Shown one piece after another: positions 36,012 to 44,800 of a DNA stretch of 55,501 nucleotides. The notes beneath the pieces were generated by a model that ran no database searches, was not told the origin of the DNA, and saw only the letters and a program-made list of their open reading frames with translations. Made by a program: the position numbers and the translations under genes. Positions within the stretch are counted from its first letter, which is position 1. Each line of letters starts with the position of its first letter. The DNA comes from an uncultured Candidatus Saccharibacteria bacterium (GTDB taxonomy: Bacteria; Patescibacteriota; Minisyncoccia; Minisyncoccales; GWA2-38-27), in assembly GCA_964408385.1 (NCBI GenBank), contig CAYOZF010000001.1:47348-102848 (forward strand). Direction: 5' to 3'.

Positions 36012-36452
36012 ATGAATTTAAACAAAGTTGTCCTTATTGGACGAGTTACTCAAGACCCAGAAGTAAAAACCATTCCTTCAGGCCAAATGGTCTGTAGCTT
36101 TGGTTTAGCTACAAACCGGGTCTGGACTAACCAGGAAACAAAACAAAAAGAAGAAAAAACAGAATTCCATAATATTGTTTTATGGAGAAGATTAGCTGAA
36201 ATTGCCTCTCAATACATAAGCAAAGGGAGTTTAATCCTGATTGAGGGCAGAATCCAGACAAGATCATGGCAGGATTCTTCAGGAAACAAAAGATATAAAA
36301 CAGAAATAGTTGGAGAGAATATACAATTAGGCCCAAAAAGCGCTTCTCAATCAAATCAGGCAAGCTTTGCTTCAACAAAAAGCAAGCCTAATATACCAAT
36401 AGTTGAAGAGAAACAAGACAAAGAAATAAGAGTTGAAGATATACCCTTCTAA
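36012..36452 (+). CDS. ssb: Single-stranded DNA-binding protein
   Basis: The OB fold reads MNLNKVVLIGRVTQDPEVKT...FHNIVLWRRLAE. The acidic tip ends in DIPF. Confidence 0.93.
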   Translation: MNLNKVVLIGRVTQDPEVKTIPSGQMVCSFGLATNRVWTNQETKQKEEKTEFHNIVLWRRLAEIASQYISKGSLILIEGRIQTRSWQDSSGNKRYKTEIVGENIQLGPKSASQSNQASFASTKSKPNIPIVEEKQDKEIRVEDIPF

Positions 36453-36500
36453 GTTATTAAAGTAAACTTTAGAAATTACAAATTATGGATTGCTTCTTTT

Positions 36501-36525
36501 CAAAGAATTATTTCATAATTCTTTG
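36501..36525 (+). promoter_or_regulatory. Perfect 11-bp-stem hairpin in the ssb-rpsR spacer
   Basis: CAAAGAATTAT-TTC-ATAATCTTTG as written in the sequence is CAAAGAATTAT-TTC-ATAATTCTTTG. It ends 17 nt upstream of the rpsR ATG and is followed by an A-run, not a T-run. Confidence 0.6.
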
Positions 36526-36541
36526 AAAAACCTACAAACTT

Positions 36542-36739
36542 ATGGATTGTTATTTTTGCCAAAGAAATATTAATGAGATTGATTTTAAGGATACCGGGCT
36601 TTTATATAAGTTTATTTCCGGCTTGGGTAAAATCAAGGCCAGAAAAAGAACCGGGGTCTGCTCCAAACACCAGAGAAAGCTGACTAGAGCAATAAAAAGA
36701 GCCCGACATCTCGGACTTTTATCAACCACTGAAAAATAA
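36542..36739 (+). CDS. rpsR: Ribosomal protein S18
   Basis: 65 aa. ...GKIKARKRTGVCSKHQRKLTRAIKRARHLGLL is the canonical S18 core. Confidence 0.9.
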   Translation: MDCYFCQRNINEIDFKDTGLLYKFISGLGKIKARKRTGVCSKHQRKLTRAIKRARHLGLLSTTEK

Positions 36740-36740
36740 A

Positions 36741-37721
36741 TTAAGCTTGTTCAATAACGGCTTTTTTTATTTCTTTAAGTATTTTAGGATTCTCCTTTAA
36801 AAAGGTTTTGGCTCCCTCTATGCCTTGACCTAATTTATGTTCTCCAAATTGATACCAACTGCCTGATTTTTTAATAATTTCGTTTTTTAAACCAATATTC
36901 AAAAGGTCAGCTGTATATGATATACCTTCATTATAATAAATATCAAACTCAGCAACCTTAAAAGGCGGGGCTACTTTATTCTTAACTATCTTGGCCTTAA
37001 CTCTGTTTCCGATAATCTCATCCCCTTGCTTTATTTGAGCCATTCTTCTTAAATTAATCCTAACAGAAGAATAAAACTTAAGAGCTAATCCTCCTGAGGT
37101 AGTTTCTGGATTGCCGAACATAACCCCTATTTTCATTCTGGTTTGGTTCAGAAAAATAACAACTGTTTTTGTTTTAGCCACTACTGAAGATAGTTTTCTT
37201 AAAGCAGCAGACATTAATCTTGCTTGAAGACCTATTTGAAATTCCCCTATTTCTCCAGCAATTTCTGCCTTGGGAGCTAAAGCAGCTACCGAATCAATGA
37301 CAATAATGTCAACCTGGCCTGATCTTATTAAGCTTTCTACTATTTGCAAAGCTTGTTCTCCTGAATCAGGCTGGGAAATCAAAAGGTCGTTGATATTAAC
37401 CCCTATTCTTTTGGCATAATCAGGATCTAAAGCATGTTCAGCATCAACAAAAGCAGCTACACCTCCTTTTTTTTGAGCTTCAGCGCAGATATGTAAAGCC
37501 ACGGTTGTTTTCCCAGTAGACTCCTGACCAAAAATCTCAATTACTCTGCCCCGAGGAACACCTCCTATGCCTAACACAGAATCTAAGGAAATAGAACCGG
37601 TGGAAATAGCATCAACATGAACTTTTGGCGTATCTTTCAAATTCATAATAGCGCCTTCGCCAAAGCGCTGTTTTATTTCTTCAATAGCTTCTTGTAAATC
37701 ATGTTTTTCTTCTTTTGCCAT
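36741..37721 (-). CDS. recA: Recombinase RecA
   Basis: Walker A motif GQESTGKTT. Also [14 protein letters not shown] and the L1/L2 region. Confidence 0.97.
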   Translation of the reverse strand: MAKEEKHDLQEAIEEIKQRFGEGAIMNLKDTPKVHVDAISTGSISLDSVLGIGGVPRGRVIEIFGQESTGKTTVALHICAEAQKKGGVAAFVDAEHALDPDYAKRIGVNINDLLISQPDSGEQALQIVESLIRSGQVDIIVIDSVAALAPKAEIAGEIGEFQIGLQARLMSAALRKLSSVVAKTKTVVIFLNQTRMKIGVMFGNPETTSGGLALKFYSSVRINLRRMAQIKQGDEIIGNRVKAKIVKNKVAPPFKVAEFDIYYNEGISYTADLLNIGLKNEIIKKSGSWYQFGEHKLGQGIEGAKTFLKENPKILKEIKKAVIEQA

Positions 37722-37729
37722 AATAATTT

Positions 37730-37758
37730 AGGATAATGTTTTTATTCTCTAATGTCAA
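37730..37758 (-). promoter_or_regulatory. recA promoter, TTGACA-17 nt-TATCCT, with the -10 box 8 nt from the ATG (near-leaderless)
   Basis: The minus strand reads TTGACAttagagaataaaaacatTATCCTaaattatt-ATG. Confidence 0.45.
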
Positions 37759-37760
37759 AT

Positions 37761-37823
37761 CCCGTTAGAAATTTCGTTTTGTTTTAAACTACCCTAAAAA
37801 TATATCACGCTATTTCTAACGGG
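37761..37823. repeat. Second member of the inverted-repeat element family (63 nt)
   Basis: CCCGTTAGAAAT (37761-37772) and ATTTCTAACGGG (37812-37823) form a perfect 12-bp inverted repeat. The arm sequence is related to the arms at 32218-32349. Confidence 0.75.
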
Positions 37824-37824
37824 G

Positions 37825-39981
37825 TCAAACTTTTTCCCATTCCCCTTCTTCCTTAGGAACTTCCTTCATCTCTCCATAGACCTCTCTAGATTTGGCTCCT
37901 TCAGCCGGACCAACCACGCCTTTATCTTCTAAGATATCTATTAGTCTGGCTGCCCGGGCGTAACCTACCCTTAATCTTCTCTGAAGCAGAGAAGCGGAAG
38001 CTTTATTAGCCTCAAGAACTAAATTCTTGGCGTCTTCAAAAAGAGGGTCATCTCCATCATAATAGGAATGGCTGGAAACCCCTGCTTCTTCTGAATTTCT
38101 TTCCAGCTCCTGAAGTAATTCTGTATCCATTTCTGACCCTGCTTCCTGGCCTGATATTATATGTTTAACTACTTTCCTAACTTCTTTTTCTGAAACATAT
38201 GGTCCTTGTATCCTCCTGGGCTTAGGCGTGTAAGAAGAAAGATAAAGCAGATCTCCTCCACCCAAAAGCTTTTCTGCCCCAGCCATATCCAGAACTGTTC
38301 TGGAATCAACCTGGGAAGCAACCTGGAAAGTAACTCTGGAAGTAATATTAGCCTTAATCAAACCAGTAATAACCTCTACTGAAGGCCTTTGGGTAGCTAC
38401 TACTAAATGAATGCCTACTGCTCTGGCCATTTGGGCCAGTCTGACAATACCAGCTTCAATTTCTCTTCCTTTAGCTGCCATTAAATCAGCCAACTCATCT
38501 ATGACAAGGACTATAAAAGGAAGCAGAGGAGTTCCATCAGACAAGGCTTTTTCATTAAAAGAATTAATATTCCTTGCCTTAGCTTCTGACAAAACATCAA
38601 ATCTTCTTTCCATTTCTGAAGTAAGCCATCTTAAAGCTCCTATGGTCTGACTGGCGCTGTAAATAACAGGACATAAAAGATGAGGCAGATTGCTGTAAAC
38701 CGGGAATTCAACTCTTTTCGGGTCTACGAGAATAAGTCTTAAGCTTTCTGGTCCAGCGCTCTTAGTAAAAGTGCTGGGCTGGTACAACAAACTCATAATC
38801 AAAGAATTAAGAAAAATAGTCTTTCCTGTACCAGTAGAACCAGCCACTAAAAGATGGGGCATTTTACTTAAATCAGTATAAATAGGAGAACCAGAAACAT
38901 CTCTTCCCAGAACGAGCAGTAGATTAGCCGGAGACTTCTGAAAAATAGAATTATCAATTAAGTTTCTTAGGCGGACTTCGGCTCTTCCTTTATTAGGAAG
39001 CTCAACCCCTACTAAAGATCTTCCTGGGATAGGGGCTTCAATCCTGATTGGGTGGCTAGCTAAAGCCAAAGCCAAATCATTTGAAAGCCCGGTTATCTTG
39101 GATAGTTTTACTCCTTCAGCCGGCTTAAAAGTATATTGGGTAACTGTTGGACCGATATTGATTTCTGACATAGCAACATCAATATTAAAGTTCTGAAGGG
39201 TCTTTTTAATAATAGCTGAATTAAGCTTAGTGTCTCCGCTGGTAGGAGCTCCTTTATCAGGCTCTAAAAGATCCAAAGGAGGCGGTTGGTAGGAAAACAA
39301 CTTGGCTCCAGGAATCAATTTTTTATCCAATTTAACTTCAACTGGTTCAGACGGTTTTATTCCTCTAGATTCTTCTGGAGAAATTTCTTTTACTTTAAAC
39401 TTAGGAGTAAAAATCTTTCTAATTATAGAGGTTTTAGGAGCTTCTTCCGGCTCTTCTGGTTTTTCTTCTTTTTTCTTGTGGGAACGGCGCAGGAAATACC
39501 AGAAAATCACTCCTCCTATGACAGTCAAGGCTGAAAAGATAATTAAGCTGGCCCAAAATCCAAAATAATTTAAAAAGGGCCAGGAAAAAATATACCCTAT
39601 CCAGCCCCCTCTTTTGAGCTCTGGCTTGAAAGACGCCAGAATACCTGTTATGCCTAAAAGAAAAATAAAACAGGCCGAAATAACTGGCCAGAAAACTCTT
39701 TTGCTTCTGTTTAAGAACTCCTGATTAGCCCTGGAGTTCAAAAAAACCAAACCTCCTAAGACAAAGACTAAAGGCAGAAAAAAGACTGTAATCCCTCCCA
39801 GAAACTTAGCTCCCCTCATAAAATAAACTCCTGCTGTTCCAGCTTTATTAAAAAAGCTTAGAGCGATTAAAAGGGCGAGCAAAATCATCAGGATGCCTAA
39901 AATCGCGTGCTTTATCTCAACAGGAAGAGCAAATCTTTTAACTTTTTCTTTCTTAAATTTCTTCTTTTTTTTCTTACTCAT
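37825..39981 (-). CDS. ftsK: DNA translocase FtsK/SpoIIIE
   Basis: N-terminal TM helices. The Walker A motif is VAGSTGTGKT. The gamma-domain-like C-terminus contains LLQRRLRVGYARAARLIDILE. Confidence 0.93.
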   Translation of the reverse strand: MSKKKKKKFKKEKVKRFALPVEIKHAILGILMILLALLIALSFFNKAGTAGVYFMRGAKFLGGITVFFLPLVFVLGGLVFLNSRANQEFLNRSKRVFWPVISACFIFLLGITGILASFKPELKRGGWIGYIFSWPFLNYFGFWASLIIFSALTVIGGVIFWYFLRRSHKKKEEKPEEPEEAPKTSIIRKIFTPKFKVKEISPEESRGIKPSEPVEVKLDKKLIPGAKLFSYQPPPLDLLEPDKGAPTSGDTKLNSAIIKKTLQNFNIDVAMSEINIGPTVTQYTFKPAEGVKLSKITGLSNDLALALASHPIRIEAPIPGRSLVGVELPNKGRAEVRLRNLIDNSIFQKSPANLLLVLGRDVSGSPIYTDLSKMPHLLVAGSTGTGKTIFLNSLIMSLLYQPSTFTKSAGPESLRLILVDPKRVEFPVYSNLPHLLCPVIYSASQTIGALRWLTSEMERRFDVLSEAKARNINSFNEKALSDGTPLLPFIVLVIDELADLMAAKGREIEAGIVRLAQMARAVGIHLVVATQRPSVEVITGLIKANITSRVTFQVASQVDSRTVLDMAGAEKLLGGGDLLYLSSYTPKPRRIQGPYVSEKEVRKVVKHIISGQEAGSEMDTELLQELERNSEEAGVSSHSYYDGDDPLFEDAKNLVLEANKASASLLQRRLRVGYARAARLIDILEDKGVVGPAEGAKSREVYGEMKEVPKEEGEWEKV

Positions 39982-40044
39982 CTTTTTAATTTATTAAGAA
40001 AACTTGTTTTCTTACTTTAATTATATAATTCCTGACACAAAAAA

Positions 40045-40064
40045 CAAGGGTTTTTATCCCCTTG
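40045..40064 (-). terminator. Terminator-like hairpin after transposase gene 1
   Basis: The minus strand reads CAAGGG-GATAAAAA-CCCTTG followed by TTTTTTGTG. Confidence 0.5.
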
Positions 40065-40072
40065 CTTACTTA

Positions 40073-40101
40073 ATTTGCCACGAGCTAAGCTCATGGTAAA
40101 T
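40073..40101. repeat. Hairpin element, copy A (downstream flank of transposase 1)
   Basis: The sequence is ATTTGCCACGAGCTAAGCTCATGGTAAAT. The inner hairpin is CACGAGC-TAA-GCTCATG with one mismatch. Confidence 0.75.
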
Positions 40102-40114
40102 AAAAATCTATCGA

Positions 40115-40834
40115 TCATTCTAAGAAAAAATTAGATGCTAAATTATATTTTTTACTTAATAAAACATCTTTTGTGAAATTTCTATACTTTATTGGATCAT
40201 TAAAAAATTCTCCAAGAAGCCCTTTGTCAATAATAATAGAATCTCTTATGCCCAAATAATCAGGGTTTGTGCTAAAAGAATAATTTTCTGCAAAATTCAA
40301 AACTTTATTTATATCCATCACCCCTTTTTCTTTTAATTCTGGTTCTATTAATTGTCCGGGATTGATAACATTTATATAAACCAAAAGATACTTTAAATAT
40401 TCGTCACTATCTATTTTTACAGCTTTAAATGGTCCCTCAAGCAGACTTCCGATCCTGGTATTTTTTATATTAAAATAATTAGTATATCCTGTCCCCAATC
40501 TATGCATAAACTTAGATATTCCATTTTCTTTAATCTCTTGGAGTATTAGATGGAAATGATTTGGCATCAAACAATCTGCCATAATTCTTACTAAAGGCAA
40601 CCTATTGCTTTTATTTTTTTCAATAAATTCTTTCAACAAATTAAAATTTATTCTTCCTTTATTTTCTCTTTCTATTTGTCTAAGAATTCCTAGAGAAATA
40701 TCTTCTTCATTAAACAAAAACATCCCTTGCAGAAATCTCCACATATCTGCTTCGCTATTAAAAATATTACGTTTATCTACTCCTCTATTAAAAATATGAC
40801 AAATAATTCCCGGTCCAAATTTTATTTTCCTCAT
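40115..40834 (-). CDS. HUH/Y1 single-strand DNA transposase, IS200/IS605 TnpA / REP-associated (RAYT)-like
   Basis: The HUH motif is MPNHFHLIL. The catalytic-Tyr helix is YLLVYINVINP (the Y-I-x-x-N-P pattern of RAYTs). 239 aa, paralogue of 51588-52307. Confidence 0.8.
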   Translation of the reverse strand: MRKIKFGPGIICHIFNRGVDKRNIFNSEADMWRFLQGMFLFNEEDISLGILRQIERENKGRINFNLLKEFIEKNKSNRLPLVRIMADCLMPNHFHLILQEIKENGISKFMHRLGTGYTNYFNIKNTRIGSLLEGPFKAVKIDSDEYLKYLLVYINVINPGQLIEPELKEKGVMDINKVLNFAENYSFSTNPDYLGIRDSIIIDKGLLGEFFNDPIKYRNFTKDVLLSKKYNLASNFFLE

Positions 40835-40848
40835 ATTTTTATATTTTT

Positions 40849-40889
40849 ATTTGCCACGAGCTTAGCTCGTGCAGCTATTCATGGCAAAT
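40849..40889. repeat. Hairpin element, copy B (upstream flank of transposase 1)
   Basis: The sequence is ATTTGCCACGAGCTTAGCTCGTGCAGCTATTCATGGCAAAT. The inner hairpin CACGAGC-TTA-GCTCGTG is perfect and the outer pair is ATTTGCCA/TGGCAAAT. Orientation is the same as copy A. Confidence 0.75.
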
Positions 40890-40891
40890 TA

Positions 40892-41731
40892 TTATTCAAC
40901 TGCTAAGCCTTTTTCTTTTGCTCCTTCTACATATATTTTCTCTATCTCAGAAGAACTTAACGCTTCGCTGTAAACCCTAATATCATCCATATAACCATTA
41001 AAATAGCCCTCGTTTGAATATCTAGTTCCAAATCTTAAATTAGTACTTATTATTGTCGTTTGACCCGGCCCTTCATCTACTAATACCCCGTTTATATACA
41101 TTTTAGCTGTAGTTGTATCATCTGTTACAGCAATATGAGTCCACTCATTTACCCTCCAATCAGAATCTTTAGCTACCAATCTATCTTCAAAACAAATATT
41201 TTTAGGGATAGAAGCACAAAGTGCACCTCCTGTATAATTTTTAATAAACCACCATGTTCCCGGAGATCTATTATCGGCAAAATACTGATAAGCGTTTTTA
41301 TCTGGGGTTTTAAACCATAAGCTAATAGTCATTGCCCCATTTATTTTTAAATCATGATCTATATGAACCCAATCGCCTTGAGAACGAATAAATTCTAAAG
41401 CTTGACCATTACCGCTAGGAGTATCTGAAATAAAATCTGTCCCATGCAAAGTGGCATTATTTTCTAAACCACTAAAATCAGAAGCATCCCCGTTAAAATC
41501 CCATTTACCTACAGCATAAGCCCCTAAACCATGATCTAAACTGGAAGCAAACTGCAATCCAGCCGCAACCCTAGCTTTCTTCCTGGCTTCACCTAAAGAA
41601 ACAAAAATAATACTGACTAAAACGCCAATTATAGCGATAACAACTAATAGTTCTATCAATGTAAACCCAGCACCATTTTTAAAATAAAAATGGTGCTGGG
41701 TAAAAGCTTTTTGTTTCATTCTTCTTTCCAT
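40892..41731 (-). CDS. Type IV pilin-like protein with LamG domain (paralogue of 6989-7819)
   Basis: NGAG|FTLIELLVVIAIIGVLVSIIFVSL is the prepilin motif. The LamG end is GYMDDIRVYSEALSSSEIEKIY. Confidence 0.8.
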   Translation of the reverse strand: MERRMKQKAFTQHHFYFKNGAGFTLIELLVVIAIIGVLVSIIFVSLGEARKKARVAAGLQFASSLDHGLGAYAVGKWDFNGDASDFSGLENNATLHGTDFISDTPSGNGQALEFIRSQGDWVHIDHDLKINGAMTISLWFKTPDKNAYQYFADNRSPGTWWFIKNYTGGALCASIPKNICFEDRLVAKDSDWRVNEWTHIAVTDDTTTAKMYINGVLVDEGPGQTTIISTNLRFGTRYSNEGYFNGYMDDIRVYSEALSSSEIEKIYVEGAKEKGLAVE

Positions 41732-41737
41732 TAATTT

Positions 41738-41746
41738 ATTATATCA
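41738..41746 (-). promoter_or_regulatory. Extended -10 promoter TGATATAAT, 6 nt upstream of the ATG (leaderless)
   Basis: The minus strand reads TGATATAAT-AAATTA-ATG(41731). Confidence 0.5.
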
Positions 41747-41776
41747 CAAAAGAAAAAACAAAAACAAGAGTAAATT

Positions 41777-41810
41777 GGGATAAATCCGTGGGATAAATCC
41801 GATTTATCCC
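41777..41810. repeat. REP-like palindrome GGGATAAATCCGATTTATCCC (41790-41810) preceded by an extra half-site GGGATAAATCC (41777-41787)
   Basis: This is the same 21-nt palindrome that flanks transposase 2 (51562-51582 and 52316-52336). It lies 8 nt downstream of the rpoC stop. Confidence 0.85.
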
Positions 41811-41818
41811 AATTTTAT

Positions 41819-44800
41819 TTATTTCTTAAACCCGGTGCCAGCTGGTATCAATTTCCCAATAATTACATTTTCTTTCAAGCCCCTTAGCTTATCTTCCTTA
41901 CCTTCCATAGCTGCCCGAATTAAAACCCTGGATGTTTCCTGGAAAGAAGCTGAAGACAAGAAAGAATCTGTAGTCAGGGCAACCCGGGAAATACCCAGCA
42001 AAATAACAACTGCCTTAGCTGGCTTTTTCTTTTCTTTCTTAAGTTTTTCATTCTCTTCAATAAATCTAGATCTTTCAATAATCTCTCCAATAGTAAAAAT
42101 ACTATTGCCTATTTCTTTGATTTTTACCCTGGAAAACATCTGACGAACTATTATCTCAACATGTTTATCATGAATAATTGCTCCCTGGGAAACATAAATT
42201 TTCTGAATTTCATTAAGAATATATCTTTGGGCATCTTCTTTTCCCTTAGCCCTGAACAATTCTCTTAAATCCAGACTTCCTTCACAAAGCTGCTGGCCTT
42301 TTATAATATTATCTCCTTTTTCTACAAAAATAGCTGTTTTAGCAGGCAGTTTGTATTCAACAAGCTCTTTTTTATCTTTAGACTTAATACTAATTACCCT
42401 ATTTGGAGTTATGTCTAATATCTTACCTTCAACCTTAGAAATCTCTGCCTTGCCCCGAGGAACTCTGGCTTCAAAAATCTCCTGCACTCTAGGCAGACCA
42501 AAAGTTATATCCCCGCCTCCAGCCACTCCTCCAGTATGAAAAGTTCTCATTGTAAGCTGAGTGCCTGGCTCTCCAATTGCCTGAGCAGCAACAATGCCTA
42601 TTGCCTCTCCTTTTTCAACCAATTTTCTGGAACCAAGATCCCAGCCATAGCATTTCTGACAAATACCTCTGGTTGACTTGCAGGTAATAGCAGAACGGAT
42701 CTTAATTTTTCCAACATTAGCTTCAGTTATCTTCCGGGCTGCAGCCCAGTCAATTATCTCTCCCTTCTTAACAATTGTCTTATTGTCCACTTTAATATCC
42801 TCTAAGGTTGTCCTTCCTACTATTTTATAGCAGAAATCCTGGCCTAAAACATCAGCGTCTTTCTTAAAGACTATAAATCCGTCCTTGTCCTTGCAGTCAT
42901 TATCAAAAACTATCATGTCATGGGCAACATCAACCAAACGTCTGGTTAAATAACCAGCTGTTGAAGTTCTTAAAGCAGTATCAGCAGTTCCTTTCCTGGC
43001 TCCATGAGTAGAAATAAAATATTCCAAAACATCAAAGCCCTCCTTGAATGAGCTTTTTACTGGAAGCTCTATAATCTGGCCTGAAGGACTAATCACTAAT
43101 CCTTTCATACCTGCCATCTGAACAGGCTGGCTCCAGGATCCTCTTGCCCCTGAATCAACCATTGTGAATATAGAGCCCATTTCCGGCAGAGTCTTAGGAA
43201 CTAATTTTTCCAGCTCTGACTTGGTTTTTGTCCAAACTTCAATTACTTTGCTACTTTTCTCTTCCCGGGAAAGAAGACCTTTTTTAAAATGACTCTCAAT
43301 AATATTAATCTCTTTTTCAGCTGCCTGAATGATTTTTTCTTTTTCTGGAGGAACTATTAAATCATCCATTCCCCAGGTTATCCCGGAAACTGTAGCTGAT
43401 TCAAATCCCAGGTTTTTGATTTTGTCTAAAGTATTTTCAACTGTTTCCTGGTCAAACTTATCAATAATCTCTCCGACTATTTTTTCCAGTTTCTTTGAAG
43501 TCATAACTTCATTTATAAAGCCGTAGTTTTTAGGCAGGGTCTGATTCATTAATATCCTGCCGACTGATGTTTCTAAAATCTCATTATTTATTCTAATTTT
43601 TACCTTGGCTCTGATATTTATATCTTCTGTTTCCTTGGCTATAATTGCTTCTTCTGGATTATAGAAAAACTTGTTTTCTCCTTTAGCTCCTGGCTTTATC
43701 TTAGTAATCCAATAACATCCCAGAACAATATCCTGAGTTGGAGCAACAACTGGCGTGCCAGTAGCTGGTTTTAATAAATTATGAGATGAAAGCATTATCT
43801 CTTTTGCCTCTGTCTGGGCTCGAGTGCTTAAAGGAACATGGACTGCCATTTGGTCTCCGTCAAAATCAGCATTAAAAGCCTTGCAGACCATTGGATGAAG
43901 TTCAATCGACTCTCCTTCAATCAAAACCGGCTGGAAAGCCTGAATGCCCAAACGGTGAAGGGTAGGAGCTCGGTTAAGCAGAACAAACTTGTCTCTTACC
44001 ACCTGCTCTAAAATAGCCCAGACATCATCTGTTTCCTGCTCGATCAATCTGGAAGCACCTCTGACATTATAGGCCAGCTCTTTATCCAATATCATCTTGA
44101 TAACGAAAGGCTTGAAAAGCTCTAAAGCCATTTTCTTGGGAAGACCGCACTGATGAAGCTGTAATTGGGGACCAACAACAATTACCGACCTTCCGGAATA
44201 ATCAACTCTTTTCCCCAAAAGGTTCTGACGAAACCTGCCCTGCTTTCCCTTAAGCATATCAGCTAATGATTTTAATAATCTTCGGCCTCCAGTAGTAGCA
44301 GTAGTTAATATTCCTTTTCTCATTCCATTATCAATCAAAGCATCAACTGCCTCCTGAAGCATTCTTTTCTCGTTCCTGACAATAACTTCAGGAGCAGCAA
44401 TCTCTAATAAATACTTTAACCTGTTGTTTCTGTTTATCACCCGTCTATAAAGATCATTCAAATCAGAAGAAGCATATCTGCCTCCGTCTAATTGAACCAT
44501 TGGCCTTAAATCAGGAGGCAGAATAGGAATAACTTTCAAGAACATCCATTCCGGCTTAATGCCTGCTTTAACCATTCCCTGAAGAAACCTTAGTCTTCTT
44601 AAAAGCTTTCTTTTGCTTATGGCTGTTGCCTTTTCTTCCTTCTTTTTCAAATCAGCCATTTCTTTTTTCAAATCAACCTTTTCAAAAATCTTTCTTAAAG
44701 TCTCTGCTCCGGTTCCAGCCTCAAATATTTCTCCGTATTTCAAAGAATAATCATAATATTCAACTTCAGAAAAAACCCTTAAAAGCTTTATACTTGAAAT

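Larger units (their letters stand above)
40073..40889 (-). mobile_element. IS200/RAYT-like unit 1: an HUH/Y1 transposase gene bracketed by two direct copies of a hairpin element
   Basis: See the flanking repeats at 40073-40101 and 40849-40889, and the CDS at 40115-40834. Confidence 0.6.

Noticed and set aside
37761-37823. Integron attC-like site (GTTAGAA ... TTCTAAC cores), and a 6-bp target-site duplication GTCAAA flanking the element
   Set aside because: The core order is GTT...AAC, the reverse of attC (RYYYAAC...GTTRRRY), and no integrase is present. The two GTCAAA copies are better explained as the recA -35 box (TTGACA on the minus strand) and the ftsK stop-codon context.
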